Shown here one piece after another: positions 52,993 through 64,000 of a stretch of 64,000 nt of DNA (the stretch's first letter is position 1; every line of letters starts with the position of its first letter). This stretch comes from Bispira polyomma. Taxonomy: Eukaryota. A program made the translations under genes and the position numbers. A model generated the notes under the pieces. That model was not told the DNA's origin and did no database searches. It saw nothing but the letters and a program-made list of their open reading frames with translations. Location of the stretch: positions 3,596,001 to 3,660,000 of the forward strand of contig OZ287752.1 in assembly GCA_965649765.1 (NCBI GenBank), given 5' to 3'.

Positions 52993-53470
52993 TAAGCTTA
53001 GGGTTCCTTTCAGCCGATCCTGACGTCGGTCAATTTATTAAAAATCGAGCCGAGCCGACATCAGCCGATATTAATGGTGGAACAGATGTCTGCCGACACA
53101 GATGTGCTCTTCCGTCAGATCCGATCAGATGTCGGCAGACAGTTCATAAATAAATATATATCAGCATATGTATTCCATACTCACCTTTTCAGGTTTTAAC
53201 CCCATCGTCACTCCAATTAATTAACTGTATATTTTATCTGTACAACAGATATTTATCTGTTAATAGCATTTTACCTCTATTTGTAAAGATGTACCTATAA
53301 CATTGATTGGAGTGACAATGGGGTTGAAACCTGAAAAGGTGAGTATGGAATACATATGCTGATATATATTTATTTATGAACTGTCTGCCGACATCTGATC
53401 GGATCTGACGAAAATACGTTGAAAGAAAGCCCTTCCTAACATATATCGGCTGAAAGGAAGCCTAGGCTTA
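52993..53470. mobile_element. Foldback/MITE-like element with nested inverted repeats (possibly Harbinger-type)
   Basis: Outer IR taagcttagggttcctttcagccgat / atcggctgaaaggaagcctaggctta; inner near-perfect ~105-bp IR 53113-53217 / 53307-53410. Confidence 0.75.
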
Positions 53471-54064
53471 CTGAACTATGAAGTGTATATGATATATCAT
53501 ATATTTATATTTATAGATATACAATTACAAGTCCTAACTACCAAGGTCAGTAGATTCATTGGTTGTATATTAACAGCATTTGACCTCTATTTGTAAAGAT
53601 GTACCTATAACATTAAACAGTTTTAAAAGCTTTAATATAAGTTTTTGTACAGTATATAGTAAAATAGTAACAATCCCCATGTGAGACTCTGTGGAAGGCT
53701 CCTTCTGAGGGGAAACAAAACAAATGTTGGCAAGAATATAGACACCATATGTAATGATTTTAAATGTTCCAGAAACGAATTGTGTATGTCCCCGTTTGGG
53801 GTTATTCTCATATTAATGTGTGTAATATGTATTCGTCAACAATACTTGTTTTTAACCTACATAATAGTGACTTGTTTAATTAAGTACTTGAAGATGGGAA
53901 ACGTCAGCTTAACATTAGCCAAACCAAATTTAAGGTTACCTCAAGTTATTTTACCTTAACTTAATAAGATGGCTTCCACTCTGGTGTGTATATATTTGTA
54001 GACAGTAATATAGAATATAACTTTTTGATGAGTGGCCATCAATGAGGCATTTAGAGGTCAAAAA

Positions 54065-57000
54065 TGTCAAATATTTAGTCAGTCATAGGTCAGTGTGTTT
54101 GGTAATAATAGTAGAATGCCCATTATTTAGTCATTCAGAGGTCAGTGTGTTTGGTAATAACAGCATAATGTCCATTATTTAGTCAGTCATAGGTCAGTGT
54201 GTTTAGTAATAATAGTATAATGTCCATTATTTAGTCAGTCAGGTCAGTGTGTTTGGTAATAACAGTATAATGTCCATTATATAGTCAGTCAGTCATAGGT
54301 CAGTGTGTTTAGTAATAATAGTATAATGTCAAATATTTAATCACTCATAGGTCAGTGTGTTTGGTAATAACAGTAGAATGCCCATTATTTAGTCATTCAG
54401 AGGTCAGTAATAACAGTATAATGTCCATTATTTAGTCTGTCATAGGTCAGTGTGTTTAGTAATAACAGTATAATGTCCATTATTTAGTCATTCAGAGGTC
54501 AGTGTGTTTGGTAATAACAGTAGAATGCCCATTATTTAGTCATTCAGAGGTCAGTAATAACAGTATAATGTCCATTATTTAGTCAGTCAGGTCAGTGTGT
54601 TTGGTAATAACAGTATAATGTCCATTATTTAATCAGTCAGGTCAGTGTGTTTGGTAATAACAGTATAATGTCCATAATTTAGTCAGTCATAGGTCAGTGT
54701 GTTTGGTAATAATAGTATAATGTCCATTATTTAGTCTGTCACAGGTCAGTGTTTTTGGTAATAACAGTATAATGTCCATAATTTAGTCAGTCATAGGTCA
54801 GTGTGTTTAGTAATAATAGTATAATGTCAAATATTTAGTCAGTCATAGGTCAGTGTGTTTGGTAATATCACTTGAATGCCCATTATTTAGTCAATCAGAT
54901 GTCAGTGTGTTTGGTAATAATATTATAATGCCCATTATTTAGTCATTCAGAGGTCAGTGTGTTTGGTAATAACAGTAGAATGCCCATTATTTAGTCATTC
55001 TGAGGTCAGTAATAACAGTATAATGTCCATTATTTAGTCTGTCATAGGTCAGTGTGTTTAGTAATAACAGTATAATGTCCATTATTTAGTCATTCAGAGG
55101 TCAGTGTGTTTGGTAATAATAGTATAATGTCCATTATTTAGTCTGTCATAGGTCAGTGTGTTTGGTAATAATAGTATAGTGTCCATTATTTGGTCTGTCA
55201 TAGGTCAGTGTGTTTAGTACTAACAGTATAATGTCCATTATTTAGTCGTTCAGAGGTAAGTGTGTTTGGTAATAATAGTATAATGTCCATTATTTTGTCT
55301 GTCATAGGTCAGTGTGTTTGGTAATAACAGTATAATGTCCATTATTTAGTCTGTCACAGGTCAGTGTGTTTGGTAATAATAGTATAATGTCCATTGTTTA
55401 GTCTGTCATAAGTCAGTGTGTTTGGTAATAATAGTATAATGTCCATTATTTAGTCATTTATAGGTCAGTGTGTTTGATAATACCAGTATAATGTCCATTA
55501 TTTAGTCTGTCACAGGTCAGTGTGTTTGGTAATATTAGTAGAATGTCCATTATTTAGTCAGTCATAGGTCAGTGTGTTTAGTAATAACAGTATAATGTCC
55601 ATTATTTAGTCTGTCATAGGTCAGTGTGTTTGGTAATAACAGTAGAATGTCCAATATTTAGTGTGTCATAGGTCAGTGTGTTTAGTAATAACAGTAGAAT
55701 GTCCAATATTTAGTCTGTCATAGGTCAGTGTGTTTGTTAATAACAGTAGAATGTCCAATATTTTGCCTGTCATAGGTCAGTGTGTTTGGTAATAACAGTA
55801 GAATGTCCAATATTTTGTCTGTCATAGGTCAGTGTGTTTAGTAATTATAGTAGAATGTCCATTATTTAGTCTGTCATAGGTCAGTGTGTTTAGTAATAAC
55901 AGTATAATGTCCATTATTTAGTCAGTCAAAGGTCAGTGTGTTTGGTAATAACAGTATAATGTTCATTATTTAGTCTGTCATAGGTCAGTGTTTTTGGTAA
56001 TAACAGTAGAATGTCCATTATTTAATCTGTCATAGGTCAGTGTGTTTAGTAATAATAGTATAATGTCCATTATTTAGTCAGTCATAGGTCAGTGTGTTTG
56101 GTAATAACAGTATAATGTTCATTATTTAGTCTGTCATAGGTCAGTGTTTTTGGTAATAACAGTAGAATGTCCATTATTTAATCTGTCATAGGTCAGTGTG
56201 TTTAGTAATAATAGTATAATGTCCATTATTTAGTCATTAGGAGGTCAGTGTGTTTGGTAATAATAGTATAATGTCCATTATTTAGTCTGTCATAGGTCAG
56301 TGTGTTTGGTAATAATAGTATAATGTTCATTATTTAGTCTGTCATAGGTCAGTGTGTTTGGTAATAACAGTATAATGTCCATTATTTAGTCAGTCAAAGG
56401 TCAGTGTGTTTGGTAATAATAGTATAATGTCCATTATTTAGTCTGTCATAGGTCAGTGTGTTTGGTAATAATAGTATAATGTCCATTATTTAGTCAGTCA
56501 TAGGTCAGTGTGTTTAGTAATAATAGTATAATGTCCATTGTTTAGTCTGTCATAGGTCAGTGTGTTTAGTAATAATAGTATAATGTCCATTATTTAGTCT
56601 GTCATAGGTCAGTGTGTTTGGTAATAATAGTATAATGTTCATTATTTAGTCTGTCATAGGTCAGTGTGTTTGGTAATAATAGTATAATGTCCATTATTTA
56701 GTCTGTCACAGGTCAGTGTTTTTGGTAATAACAGTATAATGTCCATTATTTAGTCAGTCATAGGTCAGTGTGTTTAGTAATAACAGTAGAATGTCCATTA
56801 TTTAGTCTGTCATAGGTCAGTGTGTTTGGTAATAACAGTAGAATATCCAATATTTAGTCAGTCATAGGTCAGTGTGTTTAGTAATAACAGTATAATGTCC
56901 ATTATTTAGTCTGTCATAGGTCAGTGTGTTTGGTAATAACAGTAGAATGTCCAATATTTTGTCTGTCATAGGTCAGTGTGTTTAGTAATTATAGTAGAAT

Positions 57001-57892
57001 GTCCATTATTTAGTCTGTCATAGGTCAGTGTGTTTGGTAATAATAGTATAATGTCCATTATTTAGTCTGTCATAGGTCAGCGTGTTTGGTAATAACAGTA
57101 GAATGTCCATTATTTAGTCTGTCATAGGTCAGTGTGTTTAGTAATACTAGTATAATGTCCATTATTTAGTCATTCATAGGTCAGTGTGTTTGGTAATAAT
57201 AGTATAATGTCCATTATTTAGTTTGTCATAGGTCAGTGTGTTTGGTAATAATAGTATAATGTCCATTATTTAGTCTGTCATAGGTCAGTGTGTTTGGTAA
57301 TAATAGTATAACGTTCATTATTTAGTCTGTCATAGGTCAGTGTGTTTGGTAATAACAGTATAATATCCATTATTTAGTCAGTCAAAGGTCAGTGTGTTTG
57401 GTAATAATAGTATAATGTCCATTATTTAGTCTGTCATAGGTCAGTGTGTTTGGTAATAATAGTATAATGTCCATCATTTAGTCATTCACAGGTCAGTGTG
57501 TTTGGTAATAATAGTATAATGTCCATTATTTAGTCTGTCATAAGTCAGTGTGTTTGGTAATAATAGTATAATGTCCATTATTTAGTCATTTATAGGTCAG
57601 TGTGTTTGGTAATAATAGTATAATGTTCATTATTTAGTCTGTCATAGGTCAGTGTGTTTGGTAATAATAGTATAATGTCCATTATTTAGTCTGTCACAGG
57701 TCAGTGTTTTTGGTAATAATAGTATAATGTCCATTATTTAGTCAGTCATAGGTCAGTGTGTTTAGTAATAACAGTAGAATGTCCATTATTTAATCTGTCA
57801 TAGGTCAGTGTGTTTAGTAATAATAGTATAATGTCCATTATTTAGTCTGTCATAGGTCAGTGTGTTTAGTAATAATAGTAGAATGTCCGTTA
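54065..57892. repeat. Satellite, 52-bp unit, ~73 copies
   Basis: tccattatttagtctgtcataggtcagtgtgtttggtaataatagtataatg head to tail, no unique spacers. Confidence 0.98.
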
Positions 57893-59324
57893 TCTGCAGC
57901 AAAACTTAGAAATCTGAGACGGCACCTACAACATAAAAAGTTGATCTTGAGGTCTTGAGGTTGCTTCTGAAGGTTTATAGAGCGAGCATTTAATATCTTG
58001 TGGTAGGTTGTTTTATAACTTGGGTGCAGCATATTAGAAACTATGATTGAAATGGACTTTTGATCTGTTTATGCGGGAAATCGTGCCCAAGGTCGTTATA
58101 TGACGCCCCCAGTGACAAACTATAACATTATATGTCACCAGATGTGGGTTCCTTCTTGATGGGAATTGACTTACACCTTCTATGAGTTGGCAAGAGCTGT
58201 GCATAGAATGTTGTACACAGTAGAGGGATGTATTTGGTTTGTTTATCAGACACAGACATTAATCGAAGCATATACAGTTCATACAGTAATTTTTTTTTAA
58301 ACAGAGTTTAAAATAAATTATAGCACATAAACTCACTACATACGTTACGTAAATCACTTTGCGTTGCGTAGAAATCAAACACCTGTGTAGCGTAGTAAAG
58401 GTACAGGGAGGCTTTTGTTACACATACGTAGTGCAGATCTGCACACTCAATTAAGGGTCTGATATGGTATCCCCTATACTTAATCTAGTTATTAAGTGTT
58501 GAAAGCTAAAATGTGACTAGTTTTACAATTGGATTACTGATTTTGCTGTTGCGCTTTAGAAGATGGCTAGCATCAATAAAGCGCGTTAAAAATGCATACT
58601 AAAAAAAAAAAAAAAATAGAAATATGGTTAAATAGAAATGACGAAAGAAAGCTAGCGTCTAAATTGCCCACATAATCCCACATAAAAATAATAATGAAAC
58701 AACTTTTAGTAAACAAACAGCACACTTGTCTTTCCACTTTGAAGCCCCATCAAACATAGGATCGTTGCCGCTAACAGTCGCACATCAATAAAAGCATGGC
58801 AGTTTTAGCGACAAATAACTCTAACAGCACTCGTGTAGTGGGTAAAGACACTTGCTCAGGAAACAGATGACCTGGATTTTTCTCCCAACACTCACAGGCT
58901 AAAGAACCTCGGGGGAATATGATGAACTCTCTGTCTTCAGCTAGATAGATGAGTATTCTCGAACACAGCGTTTCGTCACATCCGGGGGAAAACCCAGTCA
59001 ACTCGGTGACAAGAGACGTAAGGGAATGAAATTTTAAATTTTGCTGAATTAACTAAATGCGTTTGTTTATATGTTTTAAAATTCTATCAAAAACGAAGCA
59101 TATTATTCTTATTATATGTCACCAATTTTATTATATGACATATTATAAAGACCGGAAGTGCGCATACAACACAAAAGCCGTCAGTGCGCAATTCGTAACC
59201 GTACTTTATCTGGGAGAATAGATCACGGATAAATAGTTCCGTCAGTAGCTACAAAAATAGTTCACAGTAAGTTGGAAAATATCTTAGTATTTGCTCAAAA
59301 ATATACTGTTGCCAGTCTTTATAA

Positions 59325-59477
59325 TAGAAATAAAGTACATGGGCTTGTACTTTATTGGCGAATCAAGGACAGCCTTCCGGCATAATGGACTCAGGCCTAC
59401 CGGCCCTCGTCCATTATTCCGCCGTAAGTCAGTCCTTGATTCGCCAATAAAGTACTCGCCCTTGAACTTTATTTCTA
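59325..59477. mobile_element. Long palindromic (hairpin) element
   Basis: tagaaataaagt...tactttattggcgaatcaaggac...taatggac-ggcc tacc ggcc-gtccatta...gtccttgattcgccaataaagta...actttatttcta. Confidence 0.8.
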
Positions 59478-59986
59478 CAATATTTAACAGCAGATTTGAG
59501 AATGCATCCTCTATTTTCGCCCACTCCAAACAAGCCAGGATGCCTGTATTAAAACTTAAATATCTCAGCCATTTCTTAACGGATTTTGATGCAACGTAAA
59601 GCACAGTAATGGCAATAAAATAAGCTATTGCAACATATTTTTAGAAATTTTTGGTATTCAATATTATTAATACATAATCAGTGTTGTTTTTACAAACCCA
59701 GCAACTCCCCAAGTATACATTTGGGTGATAGTCTCAAACAAGTGAAAATTCATTGCTTACTTAGATTTAAAGTGTTTTCTTGAAAAAGGCACGGTTTCTT
59801 TGGAAGTGGGACAGAGATTGCATTTTAGTGGACCAAGTTTGTTATTTTGAGGCTGAGTTTGCACATATAGAAAACGGCCTATAGTTTGTAAACAGAGGAA
59901 AAGGGGCGAGTTGTCCAAATAGTCTACATATGTATGTCTACAGTGTGACAGTAAACTTGATATTGTACACATGTGACCTTTGCTTC

Positions 59987-60185
59987 TTCGGCCTACCCTT
60001 GGCCTCTGCCATCTCGAAATTTACATGGACTTTGTACTGATTTTACTGGGTGACCGAGGCCAAGGGTAGGCCGAACTCAGCTCTACCGTAGACCAGAAGC
60101 TGCATAAATCATCTGATGATAAGGCCAAAGGTAGGCCGAACCCAGCACCATCATGTACCAGAAGCTGTACAAATCCTCTGATGAT
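59987..60185. repeat. 20-bp inverted repeat plus 65-bp tandem duplication
   Basis: ttcggcctacccttggcctc (59987-60006) vs gaggccaagggtaggccgaa (60056-60075), repeated at 60122-60140. Confidence 0.75.
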
Positions 60186-61139
60186 ATGACAGGAGTTCAG
60201 CTGATAGGAGTCGAATTTTCTTCCTAGAATATGCTTATAGTTGATTCACAACCTGGCTCAAGAAATGGCTCTTTTAGAGCCACCTATATTTACCAAAACA
60301 ATTACTAAGCTGTTGTGTTGTAATGTATTAATTTCATTTATCGACCTTTATCTGGTATTCAAAGTGCTATTTATAACATTTTTGTGAAAGCTCAAGTACA
60401 TCAAACCAGTAACTGTCTCTCCTCTACCTAAAAAGAAAAGCTTGAGGATGACCATTGATAAAAGCCCAAGGTTCTTTAACCTGCCCTGGGGATAGGACAC
60501 AATGACAGAGGATCACCATTATAAGTTGTCATCCTGTGTATCACCACCGTACCAGTCGGTATCTGGTCCTCTGCATTTCTGAGCAGGTGTTCCAGGTATA
60601 TGGAAAAGTTGGCGGTACACTTGCTAATGGTCAATAGTTGGTATAGCAGAAAACCAGACTAAGTACCCTGTTCTGATTCCTTCCACTAGTATACTGCTTG
60701 CAATATACCATGCAAACTGTGTTAAAACTTGAAAGCAGTCAAACCCCCAAAAATTATGTTAAGCTTAAGAGTCTAGTTGATAAATGCCAATAATTTAGAA
60801 TGAAAACTACAAGGTGATGAAAGGCCATGATGGTGAAAAAACCTCATGCCAAGAACAACAAGAAGTGAATTTAAATTCATAAAATTTGTTTATACCTATA
60901 GAGATATGGGGAAATAATGAAATCCCATTCACAATATTGTATGTGTATACATATAAAATATATATTAATAGCTCTATAATATAATGTTAACATAATATAA
61001 ATGTTATGTTCATATATAATACCAGTAATACATAAGTTTAGGTTGTTGACAGAACAAACAGCTAATATTCTAGCAGAGGACTCTCCTTTGAAACAGCCCA
61101 TTTCAAGATACGCTGTGGTTATATACATGTACTCGCATA

Positions 61140-61313
61140 CATTCAAACCCCTCTAAGTAGAACTCTGATAAGTGGAATTACTTGTTAAGTAGAAGTTATT
61201 TTAAGGTCCCATTGCTGTATTTCTAATTAAAAGTTTGCCTGTTAAGTAGAAGTTCTGTTAAGTAGAACACATTTTTATGGTCCCTCCAGATTCGACTTAA
61301 CAGGGTTCCACTG
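61140..61313. mobile_element. Tigger/pogo-like MITE
   Basis: TA-cattcaaacccctctaagtagaa ... ttcgacttaacagggttccactg-TA with internal ttaagtagaa repeats. Confidence 0.75.
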
Positions 61314-62179
61314 TATTCAAACTACAATATATTTCATCATTTAAGGGTCCAAAGACGTATTTTTTATTTATAGCTTTTTATACTGGCCTAAATAAGTAAA
61401 CCGACTTCATTTACTTTATAGCCATATTAGGGGCAGTTCCCTGATTGGCCGATTAAAATATTTTGTCTTTGAAACGGCCCATTTCAATACATCTAAACAA
61501 TATTAGGAAAGCAAGAGTTATGAATAGCCCATATAAAACAATCAAATCAATTAAAAAATCAAACAGACTTGTATACTAAACTCCTATAATAATTGTTTTA
61601 TAACATTTTATAAATTAGGAACCCAAACCATTTCTATTTTGCCTAAAATACTCCAATAATAATAGTTTGATAACATTTTTAAATTATTCTTTTTACCTAC
61701 GAATAGAGATATATGGACATACGATATCAATGGTTGTAGTGTGCCGACCTCTAGTAGTGTCATGCAAACCAGACGTTTCCACCTGAAAAGAAGATAAATT
61801 CTACCAATGACTGCCAGTACTGGTATATATTTAATTATTCCTGAAGTTCCATCGATTTCTAGCATACATACAGCCACTTAATGCAGTGAAAAAAATATTC
61901 TGTGATGGTCAAATTTTTTATAAACCATTACAGTAATTTTTGTTACATCTTTGTTCCTAGTGCACGCGTTAGATAGAGCATGTTTGTTGTATGCTGGCTT
62001 TTATCAATGACACGTAGTACTCTCGTTAAAATGATGAATGGAAGCTGGCAGTGCTTGTGTGTCACGTGACACAATATATTCTTTTCATCTTTAATTGTAT
62101 CCACCGAAGTAATCTTCGGTGGATACTATGGATTACTCATCGTTACGCCGCCTCTGCCAATTTTGGCCAAACTTTCCCT

Positions 62180-62356
62180 AGTGCCTATATCTCGCTTAAT
62201 ATTGGTCCTAGAGGTTTGGGATCTCAAACAAACCTATAGGAAATCACGGACTGGAAATCTTTTCATGTGGTCCAATTTGCCCTTAGGCCCCTCGTTCAAG
62301 GTCAAATGCGGATGGCCTAACTTAAAAGTGCCTATATCTCGCTTATTATTGGTCCG
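62180..62356. repeat. ~147-bp-period repeat remnant, probably internal repeat of a non-autonomous DNA element
   Basis: agtgcctatatctcgctta[a/t]tattggtcc at ~62180 and ~62327. Confidence 0.55.
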
Positions 62357-64000
62357 ACGCTGTCCACCACAAATCGCTGTAACCCCCAACCCCACCCCCT
62401 GTAAAATAACGAAGATAATATTTTTATAAAATTATGGCCAGAAAGCTTACTTCATTGCGATTACTGTGTTTTTTGTTGCATTAAAATATGTCCAGAATCA
62501 GCGAAGATATTATAGTTGAAATAAGGGTACCCCTCTCCGACAACTTGCATGTTTTGAATAATTTTGGAGATGCATTTTAGATTCAACTAACAGTAACTTC
62601 ATTAACATTTAATAAAATTTAAATTGGTAACAAATTTTCAAAAGCACACCGGGAGAGCTTTCCAGTGATACTAAAACGGAAATTTTACCTCAAGTATACT
62701 AATAGTTGCCGATTTTTGATTAATTTAATTTTTGGGGGGAATAACCCAACTTGGACCAAACCCAAAATCTTGTATTATCGCCCATATTAGAATCAAAATA
62801 CTACTGGATTATCATGTAAAATGTCCTGTTTTTTTATTATACTTGTTAAACAAGTGTACATACAACATTATATCATTATTTCAGAATAAGAATACATGGC
62901 TGGTGTGGTAATTCTTAATATTATTCACTGCATCGGCTGAACACTAAAAATCCATTGTATTACGAGTGAGATTTTCTACTGCAAAACCGGAAGTAGCGGT
63001 TTGTTTGAGAATACATTTCAATTAATGAACTCTCTTTCTTCAGCTACATAAATTAGTATACATTTCAATATGATGAACGGTTGTAACATCTAGGGTGGTC
63101 TGGAAAGAATGGGTGTTCATTTGCATATGTTCAAAGTGTTCATTTGCATATAAATGACCAGATCATGCCCAGGGGTTGCTTAGTTTATATGATAGTTTAT
63201 GAAGGATATTATATGCCCATTTTTTTACCAGACCTCACAAGGTTATGACCAGATTATGCTACACATATACTAGATATTGTCCAGGCCATACCAAATCTCA
63301 GCAGATCATCACACGTTTATGCAATATTTTGCTCCAGATTACACCAGATTACACCAGTCCTGTCCAGATCACTTAAGTGGTGATATGATGATATCCATAT
63401 TATGAGCTAACCTATCCAGTTGTCTCTAGGTGTGACATTTAGAGCCGACCATCCACGGAAGTTTAGAACATGTTCAAAATTTCAGACTCTGACTCTTGCT
63501 GATCTTTCCAGTTTGCGTCCAGTTTATGCCCAGATGTAAGAAGTTTTCTCCAGATCACACAAGGTCTTCAAATCGGCAGTAAACGGCTTTTATAGATTGT
63601 GAACACTACATGTACAAACATTACGTTAAGGTAACATTAACTTAAATACAAGGTAATGTTAGGCAGTCTAAATTGCCTAAACATTTTGCAGAAACCAGTA
63701 CATACAATATCTAATTTATTTTCCAGAGATTTACCAGAAAACCTCATGTTCCAGTCCGGTACTATATTCCTGAGAACGTCCTTTATTTTTGGCTACCACT
63801 TCAGCGCAATGAATCTAATCAGTCCGGTAAGTATTCAGTTTGGAACAACAGTGCAGAAGTGAAATCATTCTACTACAGGGAATTAGTTGGTTTAACTATT
63901 TTTTTTTACTGAAGAGCTAGGTGGTAAACTACTTAATTCATTATTGTGACATTAACATTTAAACAAATGAGAAAATATGTTGATATATTTTTGAACATAA

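Noticed and set aside
54065-57892. CRISPR array
   Set aside because: Head-to-tail near-identical units without unique spacers, no cas genes, eukaryotic context
59284-59604. Overlapping sense/antisense ORF pair with similar peptides
   Set aside because: Artefact of the palindrome at 59325-59477
60113-60145. Hammerhead ribozyme (CTGATGA...GGCC...GGCC-GAAC)
   Set aside because: Core ends GAAC not GAAA, extra bases before stem II, and no convincing stems I/III

Overview
AT-rich animal (probably marine invertebrate) genomic DNA, not prokaryotic. One intact host gene is recognisable: a minus-strand rhodopsin-class (peptide-receptor-like) GPCR of 431 aa from three coding exons (27493-27267, 2923-2517, 1566-905) that splice in frame through canonical GT-AG sites. 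Its 24.3-kb intron (2924-27266) is mostly one nested stack of retroelements. An RTE-X-like LINE whose ORF1 carries a 2A-like motif is split by a Tx1/L1 LINE (inserted in its RT) and by an 11.2-kb Ty3/Gypsy element (inserted in its ORF1). Removing either insert plus one target-site duplication restores the host LINE frame. The Gypsy has a tRNA-like (Pol III A/B box) cassette in both LTRs and the N-terminal remnant of an env-like ORF. The right half holds two degenerate Ngaro/DIRS-type tyrosine-recombinase retrotransposons (one with tandem PAM2-like motifs ahead of RT), L2 and Tx1 relics, several MITEs/hairpins and a 3.8-kb 52-bp satellite. All assignments come from reading motifs by eye; no database searches were run.
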